Shown one piece after another: positions 9,478 through 20,599 of a stretch of 64,000 nt of DNA (positions are counted from its first letter, which is position 1; every line of letters starts with the position of its first letter). A model generated the notes under the pieces. The model did not search any database. It was not told the origin of the DNA and saw only the letters and a list, made by a program, of their open reading frames with translations. The stretch is from assembly GCF_041248615.1 (NCBI RefSeq), contig NZ_CP158426.1; one strand, written 5' to 3'. This DNA comes from Escherichia coli (GTDB taxonomy: Bacteria; Pseudomonadota; Gammaproteobacteria; Enterobacterales; Enterobacteriaceae). The position numbers and the translations under genes are program-made.

Positions 9478-9577
9478 TCTGCATCCCTGTAATTTTATCC
9501 AGTTGAATGCTGATGCTACCAGTATTTATGCGGGTTAGAGAGAGACAAAATCGCAAGAAAACAAATTTAGGAATTTA

Positions 9578-9608
9578 TAAAGAAAAGGCGCTGTCGATGC
9601 AGCGCCTT
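9578..9608 (-). terminator. Intrinsic terminator of metG
   Basis: AAGGCGCTG/CAGCGCCTT stem (9585-9608) followed on the minus strand by UUUUCUUU. Confidence 0.75.
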
Positions 9609-9617
9609 GAAGGGGGA

Positions 9618-11651
9618 TTATTTCACCTGATGACCCGGTTTAGCACCGGCATCCGGGCTTAGCAGGAAAATATCTTTCCCGCCAGGACCGGCAGCCATCA
9701 CCATGCCTTCAGAGATACCGAAGCGCATTTTACGTGGTGCCAGGTTAGCCACCATAATGGTGTGACGACCAATCAGTGCCTGCGGATCCGGGTAGGCAGA
9801 ACGAATGCCGGAGAAGACATTGCGTTTTTCACCGCCGAGATCCAGCGTCAGGCGCAGCAGTTTGTCAGAACCTTCAACAAACTCTGCGTTTTCGATCAAC
9901 GCCACGCGCAGGTCAACTTTGGCGAAGTCGTCAAAGGTGATGGTTTCCTGAATCGGATCATCTGCCAGTGGGCCAGTTACTGGCGCGGCAGTGGCTTTCA
10001 CTTCTTCTTTAGAGGCTTCCACCAGTGCTTCAACCTGCTTCATGTCGATGCGGTTATACAGCGCTTTGAACGGATTCACTTTATGGCCCAACAGCGGTTG
10101 TTGGATACCATCCCAGGTCAGTTCCGTATTAAGGAATGCTTCTGCACGCTCGGTCAGTTTCGGCAGTACCGGCTTCAGGTAAGTCATCAGCACGCGGAAC
10201 AGGTTTATGCCCATCGAGCAAATTGCCTGCAGGTCGGCATCGCGGCCTTCCTGTTTTGCGACTACCCACGGAGCCTGTTCATCGACATAACGGTTAGCAA
10301 GATCAGCCAGCGCCATGATTTCGCGGATCGCTTTACCAAATTCGCGGCTTTCCCACGCTTCACCAATCACTTCAGCGGCATCAGTGAAGGTTTTGTACAG
10401 TTGCGGGTCAGCCAGTTCGCTTGCCAGCACACCGTCAAAACGCTTGTTGATAAAGCCCGCGTTACGGGAGGCCAGGTTAACCACTTTATTCACGATATCG
10501 GCATTCACACGCTGAACGAAATCTTCCAGGTTGAGATCGATATCATCAATGCGCGAAGAGAGTTTCGCAGTGTAGTAGTAACGCAGGCTGTCGGCGTCAA
10601 AATGATTCAGCCAGGTGCTGGCCTTAATAAAGGTACCGCGAGACTTAGACATCTTCGCGCCGTTCACCGTCACATAGCCATGAACAAACAGGTTAGTCGG
10701 CTTGCGGAAGTTGCTGCCTTCCAGCATTGCTGGCCAGAACAGGCTGTGGAAGTAAACAATATCTTTGCCGATGAAGTGATACAGCTCGGCGGTGGAATCT
10801 TTCTTCCAGTATTCATCGAAGCTGGTGGTGTCGCCGCGTTTGTCGCACAGATTCTTGAAGGAACCCATGTAGCCAATCGGCGCATCCAGCCAGACGTAGA
10901 AATATTTGCCCGGTGCGTTCGGAATTTCAAAACCGAAGTATGGCGCATCGCGGGAGATATCCCACTGTTGCAGGCCAGATTCAAACCACTCCTGCATTTT
11001 GTTTGCCACTTGCTCCTGCAACGCGCCGCTGCGGGTCCATGCCTGCAACATTTCGCTGAAAGAGGGCAGATCAAAGAAGAAGTGTTCAGAATCACGCATT
11101 ACCGGCGTAGCACCAGAAACCACCGATTTAGGCTCGATCAGCTCAGTCGGGCTGTAGGTCGCGCCACAAACTTCACAGTTATCGCCGTATTGATCCGGGG
11201 ATTTACATTTCGGGCAGGTGCCTTTTACAAAACGGTCCGGCAGGAACATGCCTTTTTCCGGATCGTACAGCTGAGAGATAGTGCGGTTTTTAATAAAACC
11301 GTTCTCTTTCAGGCGAGAATAAATAAGTTCTGAGAACTGGCGGTTCTCTTCGCTGTGCGTCGAGTGATAGTTGTCATAGCTGATGTTAAAGCCTGCGAAA
11401 TCAGTCTGATGCTCCTGACTCATTTCGCCAATCATCTGCTCCGGGGTGATACCAAGCTGCTGAGCTTTCAGCATGATCGGTGTGCCGTGGGCATCGTCGG
11501 CGCAAATGAAGTTGACCTCGTGGCCGCGCATTCGCTGGTAACGGACCCAGACATCAGCCTGGATGTGCTCCAGCATATGGCCGAGGTGGATTGAGCCGTT
11601 AGCGTACGGCAGTGCGCACGTCACCAGAATTTTCTTCGCGACTTGAGTCAT
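9618..11651 (-). CDS. metG: Methionyl-tRNA synthetase
   Basis: ORF 9618..11660, start taken at [25 protein letters not shown] (HIGH motif). KMSKS is present, and so are the Zn knuckle CPKC..CEVC and a C-terminal tRNA-binding domain. Confidence 0.97.
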   Translation of the reverse strand: MTQVAKKILVTCALPYANGSIHLGHMLEHIQADVWVRYQRMRGHEVNFICADDAHGTPIMLKAQQLGITPEQMIGEMSQEHQTDFAGFNISYDNYHSTHSEENRQFSELIYSRLKENGFIKNRTISQLYDPEKGMFLPDRFVKGTCPKCKSPDQYGDNCEVCGATYSPTELIEPKSVVSGATPVMRDSEHFFFDLPSFSEMLQAWTRSGALQEQVANKMQEWFESGLQQWDISRDAPYFGFEIPNAPGKYFYVWLDAPIGYMGSFKNLCDKRGDTTSFDEYWKKDSTAELYHFIGKDIVYFHSLFWPAMLEGSNFRKPTNLFVHGYVTVNGAKMSKSRGTFIKASTWLNHFDADSLRYYYTAKLSSRIDDIDLNLEDFVQRVNADIVNKVVNLASRNAGFINKRFDGVLASELADPQLYKTFTDAAEVIGEAWESREFGKAIREIMALADLANRYVDEQAPWVVAKQEGRDADLQAICSMGINLFRVLMTYLKPVLPKLTERAEAFLNTELTWDGIQQPLLGHKVNPFKALYNRIDMKQVEALVEASKEEVKATAAPVTGPLADDPIQETITFDDFAKVDLRVALIENAEFVEGSDKLLRLTLDLGGEKRNVFSGIRSAYPDPQALIGRHTIMVANLAPRKMRFGISEGMVMAAGPGGKDIFLLSPDAGAKPGHQVK

Positions 11652-11782
11652 AGTAGGCATTACTTCTTAATAGTGAAAAGGGGTTAGATAGTACCAAATG
11701 GGAAAATGTTAAGTAAGTACTTCTCTATATTCTTCAGGTAAACTATCAGCTGATGGTTTATCTATACAAAAAAGGAGTCGGG

Positions 11783-12892
11783 ATGAACGAACAATCCCAG
11801 GCCAAATCACCAGAAGCCTTGCGCGCAATGGTCGCCGGGACACTGGCCAATTTTCAGCACCCAACCCTGAAGCATAACCTCACCACGCTGAAAGCGTTGC
11901 ACCATGTCGCCTGGATGGACGACACGTTGCATGTGGAACTGGTTATGCCATTCGTCTGGCATAGCGCGTTCGAAGAGTTAAAAGAGCAATGTAGCGCCGA
12001 ACTGCTGCGCATCACCGGGGCGAAAGCTATCGACTGGAAACTGTCGCACAATATCGCCACCTTAAAACGCGTGAAGAATCAGCCGGGAATTAACGGCGTG
12101 AAGAACATCATTGCGGTCAGCTCCGGTAAAGGCGGCGTGGGTAAATCTTCCACGGCGGTAAACCTGGCGTTGGCACTCGCGGCGGAAGGGGCGAAAGTCG
12201 GCATTCTGGACGCCGATATCTACGGCCCATCAATCCCCACCATGCTGGGCGCAGAAAATCAGCGTCCAACTTCGCCGGACGGTACCCATATGGCACCGAT
12301 TATGTCTCATGGACTGGCAACCAATTCAATTGGTTATCTGGTCACTGACGACAATGCGATGGTGTGGCGTGGTCCGATGGCGAGCAAGGCGTTAATGCAG
12401 ATGTTGCAGGAAACCTTGTGGCCGGATCTCGACTATCTGGTGCTTGATATGCCGCCAGGCACCGGTGACATTCAATTGACACTGGCACAAAACATTCCAG
12501 TAACTGGCGCGGTAGTGGTCACCACCCCGCAGGACATTGCGTTGATCGATGCGAAAAAAGGCATTGTGATGTTCGAGAAAGTCGAGGTTCCGGTGCTCGG
12601 TATTGTCGAGAACATGAGTGTGCATATTTGCAGTAACTGTGGTCACCATGAACCGATTTTCGGTACCGGTGGTGCTGAGAAACTGGCTGAAAAATACCAC
12701 ACACAGCTGCTGGGGCAGATGCCGTTACACATCTCCTTACGTGAGGATCTCGATAAAGGCACGCCAACGGTTATCAGCCGTCCGGAGAGCGAATTTACCG
12801 CTATCTACCGCCAGCTGGCTGACCGCGTTGCAGCTCAGCTCTACTGGCAGGGTGAAGTCATTCCAGGCGAGATTTCCTTCCGCGCGGTCTAA
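11783..12892 (+). CDS. mrp: Fe-S cluster carrier ATPase Mrp/ApbC
   Basis: ORF 11753..12892, start taken at MNEQSQAK (369 aa). P-loop SGKGGVGKS and CxxC (CSNCGH) are present. Confidence 0.93.
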   Translation: MNEQSQAKSPEALRAMVAGTLANFQHPTLKHNLTTLKALHHVAWMDDTLHVELVMPFVWHSAFEELKEQCSAELLRITGAKAIDWKLSHNIATLKRVKNQPGINGVKNIIAVSSGKGGVGKSSTAVNLALALAAEGAKVGILDADIYGPSIPTMLGAENQRPTSPDGTHMAPIMSHGLATNSIGYLVTDDNAMVWRGPMASKALMQMLQETLWPDLDYLVLDMPPGTGDIQLTLAQNIPVTGAVVVTTPQDIALIDAKKGIVMFEKVEVPVLGIVENMSVHICSNCGHHEPIFGTGGAEKLAEKYHTQLLGQMPLHISLREDLDKGTPTVISRPESEFTAIYRQLADRVAAQLYWQGEVIPGEISFRAV

Positions 12893-12920
12893 CGCCTATT
12901 AACCATTCTGGTTATTCTTC

Positions 12921-12963
12921 ATACACCGCAGAGATGTTACATTGATGCGGTGTATTTGTTTTT
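12921..12963 (+). terminator. Intrinsic terminator after mrp
   Basis: 10-bp stem ATACACCGCA/TGCGGTGTAT followed by TTGTTTTT. Confidence 0.75.
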
Positions 12964-13154
12964 GCCGCATTAATGAACACTTATTTAATACTGCGAATAT
13001 TCTGCGGACCTTCGTCCGAAACTCTACAAAGTCGATTGATCGTACAGGCAATGCTTCATTATCATCCTTCGTGGCTGTGTAGTGGATGTACAGCTATAGT
13101 TTGTTATGCACTCATTCTATCCAGGCATAACCTTTACTACAGGGATAACGTTCA

Positions 13155-13436
13155 ATGAATAAGTATTGGCTGTCAGGAATTATTTTTCTTGCCTATGGAT
13201 TGGCTTCTCCCGCATTCTCTTCAGAGACTGCCACATTAGCGATTAATGGCAGGATCAGTCCCCCAACATGCAGTATGGCTATGGTTAATGGTCAACCTCA
13301 ACAGCATTGTGGTCAGTTAACGTATGATGTTGATACCCGTCATCAGGTTTCTTCGCCAGTCAAAGGTGTAACGACAGAAGTGGTTGTTGCAGGTAGCGAT
13401 AGCAAACGTCGAATCGTGTTAAATCGCTACGATTAA
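13155..13436 (+). CDS. yehE: Secreted small protein YehE
   Basis: 93-aa ORF with an N-terminal signal-like segment (WLSGIIFLAYGLASPAFS). Lies upstream of the yeh fimbrial operon. Confidence 0.8.
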   Translation: MNKYWLSGIIFLAYGLASPAFSSETATLAINGRISPPTCSMAMVNGQPQQHCGQLTYDVDTRHQVSSPVKGVTTEVVVAGSDSKRRIVLNRYD

Positions 13437-13468
13437 TTTGCCACCCTGGTTTTTTAATCGAATTTAGA

Positions 13469-13508
13469 AAGCTGAAATCATCCGTGTGAATGATTTCAGC
13501 TTTTTTAT
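13469..13508 (+). terminator. Intrinsic terminator after yehE
   Basis: 12-bp stem AGCTGAAATCAT/ATGATTTCAGCT followed by TTTTTTATT. Confidence 0.8.
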
Positions 13509-13730
13509 TGATATCAATAATACCATTTACAAAAATCTGCATTAATTAATAGATGTGATAAATATTTAATATGCTTAAGTATTTGTTGTATTTATATTGC
13601 AATAGTTAATTTGTTTTAAATCAATAAAACAATATGTTTACATTGCTGCAACTTTTTTGATGTGAGAAATTTGTTTCCAAGAGATACAGACTCTTAACAA
13701 CCAAAAATAAATTTTATTAAGGAACATATT

Positions 13731-14273
13731 ATGAAACGTTCAATTATTGCTGCCGCTGTCTTTTCTTCTTTTTTTATGAGCGCTGGGGTATTTGCCGCAG
13801 ACGTTGATACCGGAACATTAACCATTAAAGGGAATATTGCAGAATCTCCGTGTAAATTCGAAGCGGGTGGCGATTCAGTAAGTATTAATATGCCAACTGT
13901 ACCAACCACTGTCTTTGAAGGTAAAGCTAAATACTCGACCTATGATGATGCAGTCGGTGTAACCAGCAGCATGTTAAAAATTAGCTGTCCGAAAGAAGTT
14001 GCTGGTGTAAAACTCTCGTTGATTACCAACGATAAAATAACCGGAAACGATAAGGCGATAGCCAGTAGCAACGATACCGTGGGGTACTATCTCTATTTAG
14101 GTGATAACAGCGATGTCCTGGATGTTTCTGCACCTTTTAACATTGAGAGTTATAAGACAGCGGAAGGTCAATATGCTATTCCGTTTAAAGCAAAATACCT
14201 GAAGCTGACAGATAATTCAGTGCAATCAGGTGATGTGTTATCTTCTCTGGTTATGCGTGTGGCGCAGGATTAA
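13731..14273 (+). CDS. yehD: Fimbrial major subunit YehD
   Basis: 180 aa with signal peptide, fimbrillin-like length, and a Cys pair. First gene of a chaperone-usher operon. Confidence 0.9.
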   Translation: MKRSIIAAAVFSSFFMSAGVFAADVDTGTLTIKGNIAESPCKFEAGGDSVSINMPTVPTTVFEGKAKYSTYDDAVGVTSSMLKISCPKEVAGVKLSLITNDKITGNDKAIASSNDTVGYYLYLGDNSDVLDVSAPFNIESYKTAEGQYAIPFKAKYLKLTDNSVQSGDVLSSLVMRVAQD

Positions 14274-14309
14274 TAAATAAAATTTCAAGTTTCTCCAGGT
14301 AATAAACAT

Positions 14310-14336
14310 GGCCGCTATCCCCATGGCGGCCTTTTA
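14310..14336 (+). terminator. Hairpin/attenuator between the fimbrial subunit and chaperone genes
   Basis: GGCCGC/GCGGCC stem followed by TTTT. This position is typical in chaperone-usher operons. Confidence 0.5.
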
Positions 14337-14353
14337 ATTTAAGAGGCATTAAG

Positions 14354-15028
14354 ATGAAAGGATTATTTGCTTTACTCATTTCTTCTATGGTCCTTCCTGC
14401 ACATGCCGGTATTGTTATCTACGGGACGCGCATTATTTACCCGGCAGAAAATAAAGAAGTGATGGTGCAGTTGATGAATCAGGGAAACCGTTCTTCGCTG
14501 CTGCAGGCGTGGATTGATGATGGCGATACGTCGTTACCACCAGAAAAAATTCAGGTTCCTTTCATGTTAACGCCACCAGTGGCAAAAATAGGGGCAAATT
14601 CCGGGCAGCAAGTAAAAATCAAAATTATGCCGAATAAACTGCCCACTAATAAAGAGAGCATTTTTTATCTGAATGTTCTGGATATTCCACCAAATAGTCC
14701 AGAGCAAGAGGGCAAGAATGCACTGAAATTTGCAATGCAAAACAGAATCAAATTGTTTTACCGGCCTGCGGGTATTGCACCGGTAAATAAAGCGACATTT
14801 AAAAAGTTACTGGTAAATCGCAGTGGCAATGGATTGGTGATAAAAAATGACTCAGCAAATTGGGTGACGATTTCGGATGTCAAAGCTAATAATGTCAAAG
14901 TCAATTATGAAACTATTATGATTGCCCCCTTAGAAAGTCAGAGTATTAATGTCAAAAGTAATAATGCGAATAACTGGCATCTGACCATTATCGATGACCA
15001 TGGCAACTATATTAGTGACAAAATTTAA
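14354..15028 (+). CDS. yehC: Periplasmic fimbrial chaperone YehC
   Basis: 224 aa with signal peptide. PapD-like motifs (GTRIIYP, NxGN, FYLNVLDIPP). Confidence 0.9.
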   Translation: MKGLFALLISSMVLPAHAGIVIYGTRIIYPAENKEVMVQLMNQGNRSSLLQAWIDDGDTSLPPEKIQVPFMLTPPVAKIGANSGQQVKIKIMPNKLPTNKESIFYLNVLDIPPNSPEQEGKNALKFAMQNRIKLFYRPAGIAPVNKATFKKLLVNRSGNGLVIKNDSANWVTISDVKANNVKVNYETIMIAPLESQSINVKSNNANNWHLTIIDDHGNYISDKI

Positions 15029-15043
15029 TTGCAGGAGCTGCCT

Positions 15044-17524
15044 ATGTTGAGAATGACCCCACTTGCATCAGCAATCGTAGCGTTATTGCTCGGCATTGAA
15101 GCTTATGCAGCTGAAGAAACCTTTGATACCCATTTTATGATAGGTGGAATGAAAGACCAGCAGGTTGCAAATATTCGTCTTGATGATAATCAACCCTTGC
15201 CGGGGCAGTATGACATCGATATTTATGTCAATAAGCAATGGCGCGGGAAATATGAGATTATTGTTAAAGAAAACCCGCAAGAAACATGTTTATCAAGGGA
15301 AATTATCAAGCGGTTAGGCATTAATACCGATAACTTTTCCAGCGGTAAGCAATGTTTAACATTTAAGCAACTTATTCAGGGCGGGAGCTATACCTGGGAT
15401 ATCGGAGTTTTTCGTCTCGATTTCAGTGTCCCGCAAGCCTGGGTGGAAGAACTGGAAAGTGGCTATGTACCACCTGAAAACTGGGAGCGGGGTATTAATG
15501 CGTTTTATACCTCTTATTATATGAGTCAGTATTACAGCGATTATAAAGCGTCCGGTAATAGCAAGAGTACATATGTACGTTTTAACAGCGGGTTAAACTT
15601 ACTGGGGTGGCAACTGCATTCTGATGCCAGTTTCAGTAAAACAAATAACAATCCAGGGGTGTGGAAAAGCAATACCCTGTATCTGGAACGTGGATTTGCC
15701 CAACTTCTCGGCACGCTTCGCGTGGGTGATATGTACACATCAAGCGATATTTTTGATTCTGTTCGCTTCAGCGGTGTGCGGTTGTTTCGTGATATGCAGA
15801 TGTTGCCTAACTCGAAACAGAATTTTACTCCACGGGTGCAGGGGATTGCTCAGAGTAACGCGCTGGTAACTATTGAACAGAACGGCTTTGTGGTTTATCA
15901 GAAAGAGGTTCCTCCTGGCCCGTTTGCGATTACAGATTTGCAGTTGGCCGGTGGTGGAGCAGATCTTGATGTCAGCGTGAAAGAGGCGGACGGTTCGGTA
16001 ACCACCTATCTGGTGCCTTATGCAGCGGTGCCGAATATGCTGCAACCTGGCGTGTCGAAATATGATTTTGCGGCGGGTCGTAGCCATATTGAAGGGGCGA
16101 GCAAACAAAGTGATTTTGTCCAGGCGGGTTATCAGTATGGTTTTAATAACTTATTGACGCTGTATGGCGGATCGATGGTCGCGAATAATTATTACGCGTT
16201 CACTTTGGGGACTAGCTGGAATACACGCATTGGTGCCATTTCCGTCGATGCCACGAAGTCGCATAGTAAACAAGACAACGGCGATGTGTTTGACGGGCAA
16301 AGTTATCAAATTGCCTACAACAAATTTGTGAGCCAAACGTCGACGCGTTTTGGTCTGGCGGCCTGGCGTTATTCGTCGCGTGATTACCGGACATTTAACG
16401 ATCACGTTTGGGCAAACAATAAAGATAATTATCGCCGTGATGAAAACGATATCTATGACATTGCCGATTATTACCAGAACGATTTTGGCCGTAAAAATAG
16501 CTTTTCTGCCAATATGAGCCAGTCATTGCCAGAAGGCTGGGGTTCTGTGTCCTTAAGTACGTTATGGCGAGATTACTGGGGGCGTAGCGGCAGCAGTAAG
16601 GATTATCAGTTGAGTTATTCCAACAACCTGCGACGGATAAGCTATACCCTCGCGGCAAGCCAGGCTTATGACGAGAATCATCATGAAGAGAAACGTTTTA
16701 ATATTTTTATATCGATTCCCTTTGATTGGGGTGATGACGTTACGACGCCTCGTCGGCAAATATATATGTCTAACTCAACGACGTTTGATGATCAGGGTTT
16801 TGCCTCAAATAATACGGGATTATCGGGAACCGTTGGAAACCGGGATCAATTTAACTATGGGGTCAACCTGAGTCATCAGCATCAGGGAAATGAAACAACA
16901 GCTGGAGCGAATTTAACCTGGAACGCGCCGGTGGCAACGGTGAATGGCAGTTATAGTCAGTCGAGTACTTATCGACAGGCTGGAGCCAGTGTTTCAGGGG
17001 GCATTGTCGCCTGGTCGGGTGGCGTTAATCTGGCGAACCGTCTTTCCGAAACGTTTGCAGTGATGAATGCGCCAGGAATTAAAGATGCTTATGTCAATGG
17101 GCAAAAATATCGCACAACAAACCGTAATGGAGTGGTGGTATACGACGGAATGACACCTTATCGGGAAAATCACCTGATGCTGGATGTGTCGCAAAGCGAT
17201 AGCGAAGCAGAATTGCGCGGTAACCGGAAAATTGCCGCACCTTATCGCGGCGCGGTTGTACTGGTTAATTTTGATACCGATCAGCGCAAGCCCTGGTTTA
17301 TAAAAGCGTTAAGAACGGATGGGCAACCATTAACGTTTGGTTATGAAGTCAATGATATCCATGGTCATAATATTGGCGTTGTCGGCCAGGGAAGCCAGTT
17401 ATTTATTCGCACCAATGAAGTTCCGCCATCGGTTAATGTAGCAATTGATAAGCAACAAGGACTTTCATGCACAATCACCTTCGGTAAAGAGATTGATGAA
17501 AGTAGAAATTATATTTGCCAGTAA
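15044..17524 (+). CDS. yehB: Outer-membrane fimbrial usher YehB
   Basis: ORF 15029..17524; the ATG at 15044 (MLRMTPLASA) gives 826 aa. Usher-family size, with C-terminal Cys residues. Confidence 0.92.
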   Translation: MLRMTPLASAIVALLLGIEAYAAEETFDTHFMIGGMKDQQVANIRLDDNQPLPGQYDIDIYVNKQWRGKYEIIVKENPQETCLSREIIKRLGINTDNFSSGKQCLTFKQLIQGGSYTWDIGVFRLDFSVPQAWVEELESGYVPPENWERGINAFYTSYYMSQYYSDYKASGNSKSTYVRFNSGLNLLGWQLHSDASFSKTNNNPGVWKSNTLYLERGFAQLLGTLRVGDMYTSSDIFDSVRFSGVRLFRDMQMLPNSKQNFTPRVQGIAQSNALVTIEQNGFVVYQKEVPPGPFAITDLQLAGGGADLDVSVKEADGSVTTYLVPYAAVPNMLQPGVSKYDFAAGRSHIEGASKQSDFVQAGYQYGFNNLLTLYGGSMVANNYYAFTLGTSWNTRIGAISVDATKSHSKQDNGDVFDGQSYQIAYNKFVSQTSTRFGLAAWRYSSRDYRTFNDHVWANNKDNYRRDENDIYDIADYYQNDFGRKNSFSANMSQSLPEGWGSVSLSTLWRDYWGRSGSSKDYQLSYSNNLRRISYTLAASQAYDENHHEEKRFNIFISIPFDWGDDVTTPRRQIYMSNSTTFDDQGFASNNTGLSGTVGNRDQFNYGVNLSHQHQGNETTAGANLTWNAPVATVNGSYSQSSTYRQAGASVSGGIVAWSGGVNLANRLSETFAVMNAPGIKDAYVNGQKYRTTNRNGVVVYDGMTPYRENHLMLDVSQSDSEAELRGNRKIAAPYRGAVVLVNFDTDQRKPWFIKALRTDGQPLTFGYEVNDIHGHNIGVVGQGSQLFIRTNEVPPSVNVAIDKQQGLSCTITFGKEIDESRNYICQ

Positions 17525-17539
17525 TAGTCAGGTGGTTCT

Positions 17540-18574
17540 ATGAAAATTCGCATAATGCTATTTATATTAATGATGATGGTTATGCCAGTGAGCTATGCAG
17601 CATGTTATAGTGAGTTATCTGTTCAGCACAATTTGGTTGTTCAGGGGGATTTTGCACTTATTCAAACACAAATAGCGACATATGAGCATAATTTTAATGA
17701 TTCGTCATGCGTGAGTACAAATACTATCACCCCTATGAGCCCGTCGGATATTATTGTTGGACTTTATAACGATACCATTAAATTAAATTTACATTTTGAA
17801 TGGACCAATAAAAACAACATCACGTTGTCAAATAATCAGACCAGTTTCACCAGTGGTTATTCGGTAACGGTGACACCTGCGGCCAGTAATGCAAAAGTGA
17901 ATGTTTCTGCGGGGGGCGGCGGTTCAGTAATGATTAATGGTGTTGCAACATTATCCAGTGCTTCATCATCGACACGCGGGAGTGCTGCAGTACAATTTTT
18001 ACTGTGTTTATTCGGTGGCAAGTCATGGGATGCATGTGTAAATAGCTACAGAAATGCATTGGCACAAAATGCAGGTGTCTATTCCTTTAATCTGACATTG
18101 TCATACAACCCGATAACCACAACCTGCAAACCGGACGATTTATTAATTACTTTAGAGAGTATTCCCGTTTCACAATTACCAGCCAAAGGTAACAAAGCAA
18201 CAATAAATAGTAACAAAGGGGATATTGTTCTGCGTTGTAAAAACTTATTAGGTCAACAAAATCAAACATCACGGAAAATGCAGGTGTATTTATCAAGTTC
18301 TGACTTGTGGGGCAGTAGTAACACGATCCTGAAAGGTGCGGAAGATAATGGCGTAGGATTTATTCTTGAAAGTAATGGTTCGCCAGTCACACTTTTAAAT
18401 ATCACTAACAGCAGTAAAGGATATACAAATTTAAAGGAAGTTGCTGCGAAGTCAAAACTTACAGATACAACGGTTTCAATTCCGATAACTGCCAGTTACT
18501 ACGTCTACGATACAAACAAAGTTAAATCTGGCGCACTGGAGGCAACCGCATTAATCAACGTGAAATACGACTAA
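17540..18574 (+). CDS. yehA: Fimbrial adhesin-like protein YehA
   Basis: 344 aa with signal peptide. Last gene of the yehDCBA operon. Confidence 0.88.
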   Translation: MKIRIMLFILMMMVMPVSYAACYSELSVQHNLVVQGDFALIQTQIATYEHNFNDSSCVSTNTITPMSPSDIIVGLYNDTIKLNLHFEWTNKNNITLSNNQTSFTSGYSVTVTPAASNAKVNVSAGGGGSVMINGVATLSSASSSTRGSAAVQFLLCLFGGKSWDACVNSYRNALAQNAGVYSFNLTLSYNPITTTCKPDDLLITLESIPVSQLPAKGNKATINSNKGDIVLRCKNLLGQQNQTSRKMQVYLSSSDLWGSSNTILKGAEDNGVGFILESNGSPVTLLNITNSSKGYTNLKEVAAKSKLTDTTVSIPITASYYVYDTNKVKSGALEATALINVKYD

Positions 18575-18629
18575 TAACAAGCAAGACGAGCAAGTGGCTA
18601 ATAATAAAAATAATAAGGTGTCTGCATTT

Positions 18630-18657
18630 CCCCCTCTCTTCGAGGGGGCTTTTTTTC
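18630..18657 (+). terminator. Intrinsic terminator after yehA
   Basis: CCCCCTC/GAGGGGG stem followed by CTTTTTTT. Overlaps the convergent rcnB stop codon. Confidence 0.8.
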
Positions 18658-18994
18658 AGCGATGATAAAAAATCTCACCGTCGTAGGCTTTAATGATTTT
18701 ACCGTCGGTGTCGTTGATCAACACGTACGCGCCACCCATATAGGTCCAGTGTGTCCCGGCATCAGGCGCGGGCAGGTTACGTAACTGCCACTGCTTAATG
18801 TTGTACTCATCGGTGCGGTACATCTCTGGGACGGTATCGCCTGGTTTGAAATGCTTAAAGTCAGCAATGAAACTGCTTAACTCATACTTAGAAATTCCCG
18901 AGGTATTGGTCGAACCCGCGGTGGCTGGTGCGGCCCAGGCGGCACTGGTAACCAGCAAAAGCACACCCAGCAACATCTTATTTTTAATGGTCAT
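18656..18994 (-). CDS. rcnB: Periplasmic Ni/Co homeostasis protein RcnB (YohN)
   Basis: ORF 18656..19174. The internal Met MTIKNKMLLGVLLLVTSAAWA starts a signal peptide and gives 112 aa. The upstream 60-aa extension was rejected. Confidence 0.88.
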   Translation of the reverse strand: MTIKNKMLLGVLLLVTSAAWAAPATAGSTNTSGISKYELSSFIADFKHFKPGDTVPEMYRTDEYNIKQWQLRNLPAPDAGTHWTYMGGAYVLINDTDGKIIKAYDGEIFYHR

Positions 18995-19212
18995 AAACTC
19001 TCCACTTTGGGGATCTGTAATATCAGTCGCATATCTTTCCTGCCATACAATATAACTGACAAGCGATATTTTGTTAGTGATCCCATGATTTCGTAAAAAG
19101 TGTAAATGAAAGGATGCCCTAAAAGCATCCTTAGCGAGCAGAGAGTCAGCGGAAATAGCTGATTTAAGAATCATCCTGGGCTGAAGATAACATGCAAGCC
19201 TAAAGGATTGAG

Positions 19213-20037
19213 TTATCGCATTATGCCCATGAAGCCATGTACGCCCATATACACACCAACTAAGCCAATCAACAGACTGGAAAAATAGGGGGCGCGTTTA
19301 GCGAGAGTGTTAAATCCGCTCCAGCGTTTTGCGACCTGCTGAACGCTGATTGCTGCGCCAACGCCTACGGTGACCAGCGTTAACGCCAGGCCAATGCTGA
19401 AACTGACGACCAGTGTTGCGCCCAGTGTCAGGGCTTTCAACTGAATGCAAATCAACAGCACGGTAATTGCTGCCGGGCAGGGGATAAGGCCACCGGTTAA
19501 GCCAAATAACAAAATTTGCCAGTTGGTGACCTCTCTACCATCAAAGCGTCGTTTAATGTCATTGGCATGGGCTCGTGCATGGGCATCCTGATACTCGCCA
19601 TGTTCGTGATGGTGATGATGTCCATGGTCGTGGTGATCTTCGTGATCGTGGTGATGATGCTCATGATCATGCTCGTGCATATTCTCCAGCCAGTTTCGTT
19701 CGCCGCGCCAGGTACGCCAGAACATCCAGAACGCGGTGCCAATAATGATCACTGCGGAAATCAACTGGAGCCACGGTTCTGCTGATTGAGCAGTAAAGCG
19801 CTTGCTGATCACCATCCCGCCAAAGGCAATCAACCAGACCACTGCGGTATGCGAAATGGTTGCTGCCAGTCCGAGCATCACCGCCTGTTTAATGGTGCCT
19901 TTGATGGCGATGATAAACGCCGCCATCATCGTTTTTGAGTGCCCTGGTTCCAGGCCATGAAGCGCACCAAGTAAGATGGCGCTGGGGATGAAGAACCAGG
20001 CGTTTCCTTGCTGAAGAAGAGTTGTAAATTCGGTCAT
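19213..20037 (-). CDS. rcnA: Ni/Co efflux protein RcnA
   Basis: 274 aa, multi-TM, with a His-rich loop (HEHDHEHHHHDHEDHHDHGHHHHHEHGE). Confidence 0.95.
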   Translation of the reverse strand: MTEFTTLLQQGNAWFFIPSAILLGALHGLEPGHSKTMMAAFIIAIKGTIKQAVMLGLAATISHTAVVWLIAFGGMVISKRFTAQSAEPWLQLISAVIIIGTAFWMFWRTWRGERNWLENMHEHDHEHHHHDHEDHHDHGHHHHHEHGEYQDAHARAHANDIKRRFDGREVTNWQILLFGLTGGLIPCPAAITVLLICIQLKALTLGATLVVSFSIGLALTLVTVGVGAAISVQQVAKRWSGFNTLAKRAPYFSSLLIGLVGVYMGVHGFMGIMR

Positions 20038-20074
20038 GATAATAATTCTTAGTATTAATTCGGCAATCTGATTC

Positions 20075-20109
20075 TACTCCCCCCCAGTACCTGATACTAC
20101 CCCCCAGTA
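20075..20109. promoter_or_regulatory. Two RcnR operator sites (TACT-G/C run-N-AGTA) in the rcnA-rcnR divergent region
   Basis: TACTCCCCCCCAGTA at 20075-20089 and TACTACCCCCCAGTA at 20095-20109. They match the known TACT-G6-N-AGTA RcnR operator type. Confidence 0.8.
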
Positions 20110-20157
20110 GATTAATAGTGCTATGATTTTTCATATTCTTATTAACCAGGTGTTGCC

Positions 20158-20430
20158 ATGTCTCATACCATCCGTGATAAACAGAAACTGAAAGCGCGTG
20201 CCAGTAAGATTCAGGGCCAGGTCGTGGCGCTCAAGAAAATGCTCGACGAGCCGCACGAATGCGCTGCAGTTTTACAACAGATTGCTGCTATCCGTGGCGC
20301 GGTAAACGGTCTGATGCGGGAAGTGATTAAAGGTCATCTGACGGAACACATCGTTCACCAGGGGGATGAGCTAAAACGTGAAGAAGATCTGGATGTCGTT
20401 CTGAAGGTGCTGGATTCTTATATCAAATAA
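20158..20430 (+). CDS. rcnR: Ni/Co-responsive repressor RcnR (CsoR/RcnR family)
   Basis: 90 aa, [22 protein letters not shown]..., divergent from rcnA. Confidence 0.95.
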
Positions 20431-20519
20431 TTTATTAACGCTATTGTAAAACTGCCGTTTTTCCTCGTTTACAACGCGTGCGCTGGACATTACCATCCTC
20501 CTCTGCGATTTATCATCGC

Positions 20520-20599
20520 AACCAAACGACTCGGGGTGCCCTTCTGCGTGAAGGCTGAGAAATACCCGTATCACCTGATCTGGATAATGCCAGCGTAGG
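20520..20599 (+). repeat. attL: 80-bp direct repeat, a copy of the thiM TPP aptamer/thi-box lacking the 3' P1 strand and expression platform
   Basis: Base-for-base identical to 33185-33264. Flanking bases differ on both sides. Preceded by native rcnR-thiM intergenic sequence. Confidence 0.9.

Noticed and set aside
9762-11333. 523-aa ORF on the plus strand
   Set aside because: It lies entirely antisense to metG, whose identity is unambiguous (HIGH/KMSKS motifs). The translated sequence is low-complexity and Arg/Phe/Gln-rich with no motifs. This is the typical shadow ORF seen opposite a highly expressed gene.
19590-19690. Apparent microsatellite-like CAT/CAC/GAT repeat
   Set aside because: It is the in-frame coding sequence of the His/Asp/Glu-rich metal-binding loop of RcnA, not a non-coding tandem repeat.
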